32,000 nucleotides of DNA from Halomicronema hongdechloris C2206 (GCF_002075285.3 NZ_CP021983.2:5160001-5192000), one strand, 5' to 3'; positions 1-9,490 are shown, numbered from the stretch's first letter. The notes: generated by a model from the letters alone, not told the origin. Numbers and translations are program-made.

Positions 1-346
1 AACCTAGCAGATAGGCTGCTAACAGCACCCCCACCATGGCAAGCCACCCTACCATTTCATCCTCTTTCATCCTCTACATTGCGCTCAGTAACAGTTTAAG
101 AGCTGAGGGGGCTGTCCTCGATGGCCAGCCATGAAGTTTTTAACATCCAGGCGGCCCCCAATAACTCACGGCAACCGGTAACCGACTAGTATTCTGCGGC
201 AGCAATAATGCCCCTATTGACTAGAGCGGCAAGGCTGCTATTCATCAGGATCTCCCTGTCTGCCTTCCTACTTCTGCCTTGGCAGACTAGTCCCTCTGTC
301 GCTAGTAATGGGAGTCGCCCGGACGCCACCACCTGTTAGGGGGGGA

Positions 347-1390
347 TTAGTAGTAGTCATACTCCGAGCTGGGATTCATCGGATCGGGAGCAAAGGCCAA
401 CCACAGGGGGAACCGCAACAGGGATAGGCTCACCTTGTCTTCCGATTCGTCGATGATGATCAGGGGTAGGCGATCACTCTCGACTAGGCGCTCTGCTCGC
501 TGGGCTAGGGGGTCTGGTGCTTCGAATAGAACAATGCCACGGCCGGTGCCGAAATCAGCCCGGGACACGCCCAAGCAGTCCTGTAGACCCCGTCGCCACT
601 CGCCCAGGCGCTCGGGAGTGTTGGCCAAGATCAAGGTGTGCAGGCGATTGCCATAGAGGGTATGCAGAATTGAGATCGCTGCCGAGGCCACCAGGACATT
701 TTGCAATCGGCTGCTCATGCTCTTGAGGGCACCCCGGCCGCCCTGGGTAAAGAACCAGTTGGCGACACGCTCGGCATGAAGCGGCTCAAAGGTGCGTCGC
801 AACTGCCAGACTGGGCCGTAGTAGTCGGGTCGCATCCGGTACTGATCGAGCAGATCCCGAATCCGTTCGGTTTGGCTTTGAAAGCGTCCGGCAGCAAAAT
901 CGGCTGTCGGCTGAGTCTTAGGAGGCGGGGCCGGTTCCGGCGCCGGAGGCTCAGCTGCGGCTGGGGTGGGTGGGGCCAGTTCCAGTTGTTCGGCGGCGGC
1001 AGCGAGATCCTGCAGACTGCCCACTAAGTATTCCTTGAAGCCCTGGACTCGAATGGCCAAATCTTGGGAAACACCGGCAAAGCTGGTACGCATTTCTGCC
1101 TGGATGCGATCGCGACGGCGCTCTAACTTCTCAATCTCGAGCTGTAATGAGCGCTGCCGCTGCTCTAGATCTGAGAGACTGCGCTTGACCAGCTGGTTAA
1201 TGTCCACCTGCGCCTGCTGCAGTTGCTCCTTGATCAGGCGATCGTAGCTAGCCTGTAAATCTGCAATCCGCCGCTTCAGGTCGGCTTCCTGACGCTGTAG
1301 CTGGTCCAAGTTGGCAGCCTTGCCCTCCGTGTTTGTGGACGAGGCGGGTGATGAAGACTGAGGGGAATTGACGAACTCGTCTGAAGTCAT
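347..1390 (-). CDS. Conserved cyanobacterial coiled-coil protein (DUF3086-like, name recalled from memory)
   Basis: 347-aa ORF. Residues ~25-105 form a Q/E/R/L-rich coiled coil (QRQEADLKRRIADLQASYDRLIKEQLQQAQ ... LQLEIEKLERRRDRIQAE), followed by a Pro/Ala linker and a globular C-terminal domain. The plus-strand ORFs over it are Arg/Ser-rich shadow frames. Confidence 0.7.
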   Translation of the reverse strand: MTSDEFVNSPQSSSPASSTNTEGKAANLDQLQRQEADLKRRIADLQASYDRLIKEQLQQAQVDINQLVKRSLSDLEQRQRSLQLEIEKLERRRDRIQAEMRTSFAGVSQDLAIRVQGFKEYLVGSLQDLAAAAEQLELAPPTPAAAEPPAPEPAPPPKTQPTADFAAGRFQSQTERIRDLLDQYRMRPDYYGPVWQLRRTFEPLHAERVANWFFTQGGRGALKSMSSRLQNVLVASAAISILHTLYGNRLHTLILANTPERLGEWRRGLQDCLGVSRADFGTGRGIVLFEAPDPLAQRAERLVESDRLPLIIIDESEDKVSLSLLRFPLWLAFAPDPMNPSSEYDYY

Positions 1391-1438
1391 AAAGGGCAGG
1401 GATCACCGTAAAAAACGTAGGACAATGGGGCGGAATGC

Positions 1439-1825
1439 CTAGCCGCTGGATTGACGCGGGTAATGATGCTCTAGTTGGCGCTGGAGTTCCTCCGCATCAA
1501 AGAGGATGGGCAGGAAATGAATGCTCTTTACTTCGCGAAAATAAAACAAAACTGGGAATTTAGGCGAAAAAATCTGCCAAAATTGCCAGTCAGCATAGGG
1601 AAAGTGACGAATCCGGCCCTCCCCTCGATAAATATCCAGGGCGGTGTCGGTGAAATGCAGCCGCAGAGTCAGGGCCTGAACCAACAGAAACATGCCGAAC
1701 AGTGCGATCGCACCGGCTAGCCAAGGCGTGACCCACAAACAGGGAATGGCCACTAACACCAGTACCGTGGGGATGGCATAACTAGGAGCCAAGATCGTTG
1801 TTTCGGTGGTAGAGGTAGATGTCAC
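1439..1825 (-). CDS. Small membrane protein (DUF3119-like, name recalled from memory)
   Basis: 128-aa ORF with two N-terminal hydrophobic helices (AIPTVLVLVAIPCLWV; LAGAIALFGMFLLVQAL) and a soluble tail. It is on the same strand as the DUF3086-like gene (347..1390) and 48 nt upstream of it. Confidence 0.65.
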   Translation of the reverse strand: MTSTSTTETTILAPSYAIPTVLVLVAIPCLWVTPWLAGAIALFGMFLLVQALTLRLHFTDTALDIYRGEGRIRHFPYADWQFWQIFSPKFPVLFYFREVKSIHFLPILFDAEELQRQLEHHYPRQSSG

Positions 1826-1974
1826 AGCACACCAGAGAGTATCGTCAATGAACAGAAATGAGTAGATTTGGCCGTCGACCCCACAGCATGTAAGGCCAGC
1901 GATTCCCGGGCCATTGTTGGATACATCAGAATGGCAGGCAAGCTTACGCTCCCCATTCTATCGGGTGCCCGCCG

Positions 1975-2772
1975 CTAAAAGCCATCTAGCAACGCACTAC
2001 CAATTCCCTGGAACATCAGCCAGGAAAGGAAGAAATTGCTGATGAAAATGGCCAGCAGCGAAGTGACCACCGCTGTCGTGGTGGATTGGCCCACCCCTTT
2101 GGCTCCCCCCGTTGTGGTTAATCCCCAGCTAGAGCCAATGATGGCAATCAGTACGCCAAAGAAAAAGGCCTTGATCAGCGAACTCAAGAGATCCCAGGTG
2201 CCGAGGAAATTCTGGGCTGAGTCCAAAAAGACCGAAACTGAAATGCCATAGAGGCTATTGGCAATCAACAGGCCTCCGGTCATGCCCGTCACGAAGGAGA
2301 GGAGCGTCAAAATGGGCAGCATCAAGGCGCAGGCCACCACCCTGGGAATCACCAGATAGTCAATGGGGTCTGTCTTTAAGATTTGCAGCGCATCAATCTG
2401 TTCCGTCACTCTCATGGTGCCGATCTCGGCGGCGAAAGCAGAGCCCACTCGACCGGCCAAAATCACCGCTGTCAGCACTGGGGCCAGTTCGCGAGCTAAG
2501 GTCAGGGCTAGTACGCCTCCTACGGCGGTGCCAGCCCCGAAGGTTAAGAACTCCCGCGTCACCTGAATGGTGAACACCATGCCCACAAAACTGGCCGTGA
2601 GCAGGGCAATCAGTAGAGACTCTGGCCCCACCACCGCCATTTGTTCCAGGCTATTGCGCCGATGAATCGGGCGGGACAGCAAATGCATGACTACCTGCCC
2701 CAGTAGGAGAATGGCGGCCAGCAGCCGACGGCTCCAGCGGCTAAGACTAGACGATGAGACAGATGGGCTCAA
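1975..2772 (-). CDS. mlaE: MlaE/TGD1-family ABC transporter permease (lipid transport)
   Basis: 265-aa polytopic ORF with the MlaE-type core ELAPVLTAVILAGRVGSAFAAEIGTMRVTEQIDALQILKTDPIDYLVIPRVVA. No cognate ATPase or substrate-binding gene is adjacent. Confidence 0.9.
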   Translation of the reverse strand: MSPSVSSSSLSRWSRRLLAAILLLGQVVMHLLSRPIHRRNSLEQMAVVGPESLLIALLTASFVGMVFTIQVTREFLTFGAGTAVGGVLALTLARELAPVLTAVILAGRVGSAFAAEIGTMRVTEQIDALQILKTDPIDYLVIPRVVACALMLPILTLLSFVTGMTGGLLIANSLYGISVSVFLDSAQNFLGTWDLLSSLIKAFFFGVLIAIIGSSWGLTTTGGAKGVGQSTTTAVVTSLLAIFISNFFLSWLMFQGIGSALLDGF

Positions 2773-2989
2773 TCGGATTCCTCACCAGCAATCAGCCCGC
2801 AGGGCAAAACAGGCAGCAATCATCGTTGCTAAGGGAACTGTACTGAGTAATGCCTGGATTGACAATGATGTCAGCTAGAGATGTCAGGCAGACCATTTGC
2901 AGTTAAAGATTTCTGACAGAGGGGGAATGTGACTGGAATGGTGCCTTTAAGGTAAATGGAGGGCTGAGGTCACCCACCTCGACTATATC

Positions 2990-3020
2990 AAGCCCATGTA
3001 TTAAAGCCCATAAAGCCCAT
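2990..3020. repeat. Three direct copies of AAGCCCAT upstream of ORF 3051
   Basis: AAGCCCAT occurs at 2990-2997, 3004-3011 and 3013-3020, about 30-60 nt upstream of the 3051 start. Function unknown. Confidence 0.3.
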
Positions 3021-3050
3021 AGGTGTTCTCAAATACGAGTAGAGCCAAGG

Positions 3051-3347
3051 ATGAATCGACTCCGACACTATCTATTCTCTCTAGTAATGACTGGCCTGAT
3101 CAGCTTTACGATTCCCGTCGGCCTGACGGGGAGTCTCTGGCTAGTCCTGTCACTGCTACAGCGGGTCCCTGGGAGAGTTGCTCTGGGCCAGGTAGGTCTG
3201 CACCAGTTGCAGCGGGTTCTCATCATCTTAGGGAGCGGTCATCCCTGGCAGGGCCTGATGGTGATAGGACTGGCCTTTAGCAGCGTTGGCATTCTATTCG
3301 ATACCTTTACCTTCTATCGTTATCAGCACTTGAGCCATCACCAGTAG
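3051..3347 (+). CDS. Hypothetical small membrane protein
   Basis: 98-aa ORF with three hydrophobic segments (YLFSLVMTGLISFTIPVGL; LWLVLSLL; LMVIGLAFSSVGILF). Preferred over the overlapping frame 3023..3280, which is Ser/Pro/Arg-rich. Confidence 0.5.
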   Translation: MNRLRHYLFSLVMTGLISFTIPVGLTGSLWLVLSLLQRVPGRVALGQVGLHQLQRVLIILGSGHPWQGLMVIGLAFSSVGILFDTFTFYRYQHLSHHQ

Positions 3348-3472
3348 GTTGCGATCGCAAGGTTACCGGCTAACAATCATGGCTGCGGCAACTGGCTGAG
3401 GCGGCAGATGCTATACCCACTTGTCCCGAAAGTCCTTATGCTGGAGCTAGTTTGATCGTCAGGACATCAACG

Positions 3473-5074
3473 ATGCTGGGATGGCAAGGGGCAACCATAG
3501 GGCTACGGCGACGGATAGAGGCTATGGGACCTGGGGGCCGCATACGCTGGAGGCCGCTGCTAGGCTTGGTCGTGGTGCTGGTCTGGCTAGGGCTACCAAC
3601 GACGGCTGTGGCCCGGGAGAGCACTGACTCCACCAGTACGGTGCAACCGTATTTGCAGCGGGTGGCCGAGGAAATCAGCGAGTTTACCCTCGACAATGGC
3701 ATGAAGGTCATTGTCTTAGAGCGTCATCAGGCACCGGTGGTCTCTTTTATGCTCTATGCCAATGTGGGGGCTGCCAATGAAGCGGCAGGCAAAACCGGCC
3801 TAGCCCACTACCTAGAGCACCTGGCCTTCAAGGGCACTACCCAGATTGGCACCCGTAACTATCGGGCTGAAAAGCGAGTCCTAGAGGACATGGATCAAGT
3901 CTTTGCGCAGCTGCTGGCGGCTGAGGATCGAGGCGATGACGCCACGGCTAAGCAGCGGCGGCAGCAGTTAGAGACTCTGAAAGCCAAGGCCGCTGAGTAT
4001 GTAGAGCAAAACCAGTACGGGCAAATTGTTGAGCAGGCCGGTGGGGTAGGGTTGAATGCCACTACAGGGGCCGATGCCACCCGTTATTTCTACAGCCTGC
4101 CCTCGAATAAACTAGAGCTGTGGATGTCTCTGGAGTCGGAGCGCTTCCTGGAGCCGGTTTTCCGGGAGTTTTACCAGGAGAAAGAGGTCATTTTAGAGGA
4201 GCGCCGCACGCGGGTAGATAATTCCCCCATCGGCAAGATGGTGGAAGAGTTTCTAGAGGCCTCCTTCGTGGAGAATCCTTACCGGCGGCCAATTATTGGC
4301 TACGCCGAGGATCTGTACCGGATGACTCGTGAGGATGTGCAGCAGTTCTTTAAAACCTACTATGGCCCTCGTAATCTGATTGCGACGGTGGTGGGGGATG
4401 TGGATCCGGCCCGGGTGCAGGAGTTGGCCGCGGTATATTTTGGCCGCTATCGGAGTCGGGCGACACCGCCTCCGGTGGTGTTTGATGAACCGGCCCAGAC
4501 TCAACCGCGAGACTTTACCCTGGAGTTGCCGTCGGAACCCTGGTATCTGGAGGGGTATCATCGACCGGCCATCACCCATCCCGATCATGTGATCTATGGC
4601 ATGATCGACAGTCTATTGGTGGACGGCCGCACCTCCCGGCTCTATAAGACCCTGGTGGAGGAAACTCAGGTGGCCCTGGATACAAGTAGCCTCAATGGGT
4701 TTCCCGGCGATAAGTATGCCAATATCTTTCTGCTGTATGCCCTGACGGCTCCGGGCCACACCCTAGATGAGGTGGCAGAGCAATTGCGGCGAGAACTGCA
4801 ACGGCTGCAGCAAGAGCCTGTGGCCGACGCGGATCTAGACCGAGTCAAGACCCAGGCGCGAGCGAGGCTACTGCGCCGCCTCGACTCCAATGCTGGCATG
4901 GCGGCGCTGTTGGCGGAATATGAGGCGAAAACCGGCAGCTGGCGTAATGTGTTTAAGGAATTGGCGGCCATTGAGGCGGTGACGGCGGCAGACGTGCAAC
5001 GGGTGGCCCGGGCGACGTTTCGTCCTGACAATCGAACCGTGGGTAGGTTGATAACGAGCCGGGACGAGTCCTGA
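3473..5074 (+). CDS. M16 (pitrilysin/insulinase) family zinc peptidase, catalytically competent subunit
   Basis: Carries the HxxEH zinc motif (GLAHYLEHLAFKGT) and the downstream NATTGADATRYFY block. A signal-like segment is present (LLGLVVVLVWLGLPTTAVA). The start is ambiguous: TTG 3452, ATG 3473 or ATG 3524. Confidence 0.9.
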   Translation: MLGWQGATIGLRRRIEAMGPGGRIRWRPLLGLVVVLVWLGLPTTAVARESTDSTSTVQPYLQRVAEEISEFTLDNGMKVIVLERHQAPVVSFMLYANVGAANEAAGKTGLAHYLEHLAFKGTTQIGTRNYRAEKRVLEDMDQVFAQLLAAEDRGDDATAKQRRQQLETLKAKAAEYVEQNQYGQIVEQAGGVGLNATTGADATRYFYSLPSNKLELWMSLESERFLEPVFREFYQEKEVILEERRTRVDNSPIGKMVEEFLEASFVENPYRRPIIGYAEDLYRMTREDVQQFFKTYYGPRNLIATVVGDVDPARVQELAAVYFGRYRSRATPPPVVFDEPAQTQPRDFTLELPSEPWYLEGYHRPAITHPDHVIYGMIDSLLVDGRTSRLYKTLVEETQVALDTSSLNGFPGDKYANIFLLYALTAPGHTLDEVAEQLRRELQRLQQEPVADADLDRVKTQARARLLRRLDSNAGMAALLAEYEAKTGSWRNVFKELAAIEAVTAADVQRVARATFRPDNRTVGRLITSRDES

Positions 5075-5120
5075 CTGCAACGGCATTGGGTAGTGATTTA
5101 GAAAGGCTAGCGAGAATTCT

Positions 5121-6608
5121 ATGAACCGGCGTCTGGGTATTGGGCACAAGTGGCTACGGACTCTCCTGTTGGGGCTAGCAACTCTGGTGGTGTTGCTGGG
5201 GGTGAATTGGTCGGCCCCTGCGATCGCAACCCCAGCCCACCATTACACGGAGCTAGACTTTCCGCCCCTGGGCCAGGTGCAAATTCCAGACTATGAACGC
5301 TACGAATTAGCCAATGGTCTGGTGGTGTATTTAATGGAAGACCACGAGCTGCCCCTGGTCAGTGGCACGGCCAGCTTCCGCACTGGGTCTCGCCTGGAGC
5401 CTGCCGATAAGGTGGGCTTGGCGGCTCTGATGGGAGATGCCATGCGCCTTGGTGGCACCGAGACCTATAGCCCCGATCAACTCAATCGCCGCTTAGAGCA
5501 ACGGGCGGCTGCGGTGGAAACTGGCGTGGACGACACCTCTGGCAGCGCCAGTTTCAATGCCCTCAGTGATGATTTAGCCGATGTCTTTGCCCTCTTCGCC
5601 GATGTGATTCAGCATCCGGCCTTTGCCCCCGATCAAGTCGAGTTGCTGCGGAAGCAGTATCGGGGCAGTATTGCTCGCCGCAATGATGACCCCGGCGATG
5701 TGGCTTCCCGGGAGTTTCGCAAGTTGGTCTATGGGGCGGAGAATCCCTATGCTCGCACCATGGAGTATGCCACCCTGGCGGCCATTAGCCGCGACGATAT
5801 CATCGACTTTTATCGTGCCTCCGTCCGTCCCGAGCGGACCATCCTGGGAATCGTGGGCGATTTTGACTCGGCCCAGATGAAGGCGCTGATTGCCGAACAG
5901 TTTGCGGACTGGCGTCCCCAAGGGACGGCCCTGGATACGACGGTGCCGATGCCGAGCCAACAGGCTCAAACCGGTGTGTTCTCGGTAGATCAGCCCCAAC
6001 TGAGCCAAAGCTATGTGCAACTGGGCCATCTGGGGGGGCAACTCAGCAATCCTGACCATCCGGCCCTGTCGGTCTTAAATGAAGTCCTGAATGGCTTCGG
6101 CGGTCGCCTGTTCAACCAAGTGCGATCGCGTCAGGGCTTGGCCTATGTGGTCTATGCCTTCTGGGCACCCCGCTATGACTATCCCGGCATGATTATCGGT
6201 GGTGGCCAAACCCGCTCCGATGCCACGGTGTCCTTCATCGAGTCAGTACAAGCCGAACTGCAGCGGGTGCGATCGCAACCGATCACCCCAGCAGAACTGC
6301 AGCGAGCCAAAGATGGAGTATTAAATAGCTTCGTCTTCAACTTCCAGAGCCCAGACCAGACCCTGTCGCGCCTGATTCGCTACGAGTACTACGACTATCC
6401 CTCCGACTTCATCTTCCAATTTCAACGGCAGGTCGAAGCCGTCACGGCCGAAGCTATCCTAGCGGGAGCCCAGGCCAATCTACAGCCGGATCAGCTAGTG
6501 ACCCTGGTGGTCGGCAATCAAGCTAACATTCAACCCACCCTAGACAGCCTGGATCCGGACACTGACGTCACCCAAATCGACATCACCATTCCGTCTCCGC
6601 CGGCCTAG
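5121..6608 (+). CDS. M16-family peptidase-like protein lacking the HxxEH motif (probable non-catalytic partner)
   Basis: 495-aa ORF 46 nt downstream of the first M16 gene. It has an N-terminal signal-like helix (LLLGLATLVVLLGV) and M16-like architecture, but the position equivalent to HxxEH reads GLAALMGDAMRLGGT. Confidence 0.88.
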   Translation: MNRRLGIGHKWLRTLLLGLATLVVLLGVNWSAPAIATPAHHYTELDFPPLGQVQIPDYERYELANGLVVYLMEDHELPLVSGTASFRTGSRLEPADKVGLAALMGDAMRLGGTETYSPDQLNRRLEQRAAAVETGVDDTSGSASFNALSDDLADVFALFADVIQHPAFAPDQVELLRKQYRGSIARRNDDPGDVASREFRKLVYGAENPYARTMEYATLAAISRDDIIDFYRASVRPERTILGIVGDFDSAQMKALIAEQFADWRPQGTALDTTVPMPSQQAQTGVFSVDQPQLSQSYVQLGHLGGQLSNPDHPALSVLNEVLNGFGGRLFNQVRSRQGLAYVVYAFWAPRYDYPGMIIGGGQTRSDATVSFIESVQAELQRVRSQPITPAELQRAKDGVLNSFVFNFQSPDQTLSRLIRYEYYDYPSDFIFQFQRQVEAVTAEAILAGAQANLQPDQLVTLVVGNQANIQPTLDSLDPDTDVTQIDITIPSPPA

Positions 6609-6647
6609 GCTCGCCCTGCAGGCACAACCTTGCGGAACCTGGCCCTG

Positions 6648-6678
6648 AGCCCTTGTAGAACAACTACAAGGGCTTTAT
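6648..6678 (+). terminator. Putative intrinsic terminator of the M16 pair
   Basis: Perfect hairpin AGCCCTTGTAG-aacaa-CTACAAGGGCT followed by TTAT, 40 nt after the stop at 6608. The T-tract is short. Confidence 0.5.
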
Positions 6679-6927
6679 CGGCTCTGCTGCCGTGCCCCTG
6701 CCAATCCTGTAGCCTCAATCGCGAAGGCTGGTACAGCCACCGCCACCAAACATTGTGCAGTGGCGAGCTGGTCACCTTCCTAGACTAGGCAGTTGATCGA
6801 TTAACCATGTCCTAAGCTGACTGGTCAACGCTATTACCTGATGCAGAGCAGCTGCTGAGGGAAAAGGGTCCAGTTGGTAGCGCTAGTTACCGTCGACGGC
6901 TTGCTAACCCCGTAGCCTACACTAGGC

Positions 6928-6949
6928 AAACAAAAATTAACTTTTGTTT
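6928..6949. repeat. 8-bp perfect inverted repeat AAACAAAA-attaac-TTTTGTTT upstream of ORF 6976
   Basis: The arms are 6928-6935 and 6942-6949, about 27 nt upstream of the ATG. A possible operator or promoter element, but function unknown. Confidence 0.3.
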
Positions 6950-6975
6950 ACACCTGTGGAATTCGAACCTGTTTC

Positions 6976-7569
6976 ATGCAAGATGTTGCCGTTGAATTAT
7001 TTCAGCTTTTGGTGCAAGCAGGCGCCGTGCCCGGAGACGATTTTTCCTGTGACGGCGCCAATCGGGTTTACCGTCTAAACGAGCGCTGCCTACATCTGCT
7101 ACAGCACGCCTACCCAGAGGTAGACTGGTTTGACCTCGTGGATATCCAGCAACAGTCTTCAGATGCCATGATTTCTGCCCTGCATGAGCGTTTAGGGGTT
7201 CCCTTCGTCGATAACCTGATCGCGCGCATGGAGCAACGGCTGCAGCGACTACCTGAGGCCCAGGCAGCTTGGTATGTGCGGCACATTCTGTCAGGGGTAG
7301 AATATTGTACTGGACTAGCCCTCTTCCCGGTGTTGTCAGAACGCCTACCCTTGATGGCTAAAGCCAAATTGGAATGGTTGTTGCGGCAAGACGATGGGCA
7401 GCCAGGAGATGAATGGATCGCAGACTTAGTCCTGGCAGCGGGCGGGTGTCCTCGAGATTTACGCCATACAGGTCACGGCCTGGGGCTGACAGAGCAAGGA
7501 TTACAACGGCTGCAATTAGTCTGGGCTGGGGACTGTGAGGTGACGCTATTGCCCCCTAAACAGCCCTAA
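6976..7569 (+). CDS. Hypothetical cytoplasmic protein
   Basis: 197-aa ORF with balanced composition, no TM segment and no signal peptide. I recognise no family. The antisense ORF 7110..7367 is Arg/Ser-rich. Confidence 0.6.
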   Translation: MQDVAVELFQLLVQAGAVPGDDFSCDGANRVYRLNERCLHLLQHAYPEVDWFDLVDIQQQSSDAMISALHERLGVPFVDNLIARMEQRLQRLPEAQAAWYVRHILSGVEYCTGLALFPVLSERLPLMAKAKLEWLLRQDDGQPGDEWIADLVLAAGGCPRDLRHTGHGLGLTEQGLQRLQLVWAGDCEVTLLPPKQP

Positions 7570-7810
7570 GATGGCTGGCTAGATAGGCCTCTGTCCTCCG
7601 TGATCTCGTGAGTTCGAGTCATACTTTTTTCAATCTTTATGATCGAGGCGGGGATCATCTCGAGGAAGATCCGTTAGCCTCAGAGTAGATGCCGTTGTTA
7701 GCCACAGCGATCGGCTTCCAGGTGTGGGAGGAAAGCTAGAGAGTCTTCCCGGATGTGGTCACTGAGCGCTCACCCTCGCCCTGCACTAACTGGTTACACC
7801 CTGTAGTCCG

Positions 7811-7860
7811 CTGATATCTGTTCTGATATCTGTATAGTCAGTATCTTTATCAGTATCTGT
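7811..7860. repeat. Four iterated ~12-nt direct repeats (CTGATATCTGT / CAGTATCT core)
   Basis: Reads ctgatatctgt-t-ctgatatctgt-atagt-cagtatct-ttat-cagtatctgt, about 130 nt upstream of the 7991 start. Confidence 0.4.
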
Positions 7861-7990
7861 AGATGTCTCGATAGAGCATGAGGGGCGACTCTCCCCTGCA
7901 GACTTTTGGGCTTCCCTGTTAGGCTGCTGATGAGCTCCCTGATTAGCCTGATTAGATCTACATTCGCTGGATTGACTATTTCTATCCTTT

Positions 7991-8752
7991 ATGAATATCC
8001 AAGGCTTAGGATTAGCGAACCAAGATACATCCTTCGATCCTCCCATGAGCTTTACCACGGTTCGACCCGATCACCTGTCGATTATTGCCAGTGACTTCGA
8101 TGCTCGCCCTATGAGTTTTCTGAAGGATGGCGAGCGGATGGGATACGAACCGGCGGTGACTAAAGCCGTCTGTGAGCTGCTGGGGCTGAAACCGATGTGG
8201 TTTAACCTGCCGATGCAAGACTTTTATACGGCCTTGAGCACGGGGCAGTACGATGTCATCTGGTTCAAGCAGGCGATTACCCAAGACCGGCGAGCCTGGG
8301 CCGACTTTACCCGCCCCTATGGCCGCTTTGATGAGGCAATCCTGGTACGGGATGAGAGTCCCATCCACGAGCCTAAAGACTTAGCCGGTAAGCGTTTGGG
8401 AGGCTTAGACGGTGGCACCAGCTTGGACCTGGCTCAATATTTGCCGGAGCTGGAACTGATGCCGTTTCCCGGTAACAATCGGGTCTTGCCGGATATGCTG
8501 CAGGCGCTCAAGGATAAAAAAATTGACGCCATTATCGATGATGCTCTGGTGTTGATGGCCGCAGAAGCCAACGATCCTACCTTTCGGGTGGCGTTTCCGA
8601 TGCCCACTCGCCTGCCCTTCGGAGTGGGCGTTTTACCTGGTAACCGAGAATTACTAGAAGCCCTGAATCGAGCCATCACCAGTTTGATCGCTGACGGTAG
8701 CCTGAATAAGCTCTGGGGCCGCTGGATTCCCTACGTGCCATATCCGTTCTAG
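7991..8752 (+). CDS. Family-3 (amino-acid type) solute-binding-domain protein without signal peptide
   Basis: SBP_bac_3-like blocks are present (GYEPAVTKAVCELLGLKPMWFNLPMQDFYTALSTGQYDVIW; DFTRPY; KRLGGLDGGTS; KKIDAIIDDALVL). The N-terminus (MNIQGLGLANQDTSFDPP...) is hydrophilic. An alternative ATG lies at 8045. Confidence 0.8.
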   Translation: MNIQGLGLANQDTSFDPPMSFTTVRPDHLSIIASDFDARPMSFLKDGERMGYEPAVTKAVCELLGLKPMWFNLPMQDFYTALSTGQYDVIWFKQAITQDRRAWADFTRPYGRFDEAILVRDESPIHEPKDLAGKRLGGLDGGTSLDLAQYLPELELMPFPGNNRVLPDMLQALKDKKIDAIIDDALVLMAAEANDPTFRVAFPMPTRLPFGVGVLPGNRELLEALNRAITSLIADGSLNKLWGRWIPYVPYPF

Positions 8753-8899
8753 CTGGTTGACACATTGGGGAAAGCTCCTTAAAAACGTAGACAGGATTGG
8801 CTTATAGCCCCTTGGTGTCGCGGGTTTGGCGGCTTGATGCCCGCTTTGGCGTTTCAATGGAAATTCCTGCCGACGGCTTTACGAGCTAACGATTGCGAG

Positions 8900-9490
8900 C
8901 TAACGATAGACGCTGCGCCCTTCGCCAGGCAGCAGGGTGAGGCTATTGGGGCGGATGACTCTGCCGGCGGTGACTTCGATATCGCCGTCCCAGTCTTCTA
9001 CGGCCAGAACTTTGTGGCCAGGACCTTCGTAGTCGTAGTAGCGGCAACGCTCCACGTTGGGACGTCGGAGGCTGCCTTCCCGCCGCATCTGGGCGCTGCC
9101 CGACTCGACGCACTCATAGGTATCGCCCTCGAACTCCAGTTTTTGCGGAGGGGGCAAGGTATTGATATCGAGGGATGAAACGGAGAGCGACAAGGCCACT
9201 TCGACTAGATCATCTTCTTCTACCGAGAGCCAGCGAATATCATCGCCGTCTTGCAGCATATACTCCAGCCAAGTGAAGCCCTCGTCGTCGTAGAATAGCT
9301 TGCCTTCGACCACCCAGTCGCGGCCCTCGTATTGAACGATGTCGCCAATGAGTAGATCGAAGAGGGAGGGTTGGCGCAGCCGGGAGGCGGTGTGATTCTG
9401 GGTCGATGGTTGCGAAGACCGCGATAGCCAAACCGCCAGGGCTGCAACTACGGCAATGACGAGCACAATTAATAAAGCAAGGGAAACCAT
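8900..9490 (-). CDS. DUF4178-domain protein with N-terminal membrane anchor
   Basis: TM anchor (LALLIVLVIAVVAALAVWL) followed by the DUF4178-like core IGDIVQYEGRDWVVEGKLFYDDEGFTWLEYMLQDGDDIRWLSVEEDD. Last gene of the minus-strand cluster. Confidence 0.8.
   Translation of the reverse strand: MVSLALLIVLVIAVVAALAVWLSRSSQPSTQNHTASRLRQPSLFDLLIGDIVQYEGRDWVVEGKLFYDDEGFTWLEYMLQDGDDIRWLSVEEDDLVEVALSLSVSSLDINTLPPPQKLEFEGDTYECVESGSAQMRREGSLRRPNVERCRYYDYEGPGHKVLAVEDWDGDIEVTAGRVIRPNSLTLLPGEGRSVYR

Noticed and set aside
1-37. Possible minus-strand gene start at 37 running off the left edge (MVGVLLAAYLLG...)
   Set aside because: Only 12 codons are visible, which is too little to support a call.
435-1247. 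Plus-strand ORFs (435..656, 517..726, 701..1027, 966..1247) and minus-strand ORF 715..897 over the coiled-coil gene
   Set aside because: They are short, Arg/Ser/Cys-rich and mutually overlapping. All are antisense or out of frame to a much longer, better-composed ORF.
3023-3280. 85-aa plus-strand ORF overlapping 3051..3347
   Set aside because: Ser/Pro/Arg/Gly-rich with no hydrophobic pattern. The alternative frame encodes a coherent three-TM protein.
4253-6059. Antisense or alternative-frame ORFs inside the M16 genes (4253..4588, 4380..4592, 4666..5031, 4868..5149, 5574..6059, 5623..5880)
   Set aside because: These are shadow ORFs of GC-rich coding sequence. The M16 frames carry recognisable family motifs and the shadows do not.
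6860-6975. tRNA-like fragments (AGTTGGTAGCGC D-loop-like on the plus strand; GGTTCGAATTCC T-loop-like on the minus strand)
   Set aside because: The two pieces are on opposite strands. I could not fold either into a cloverleaf: there is no matching T-stem, anticodon arm or acceptor stem.
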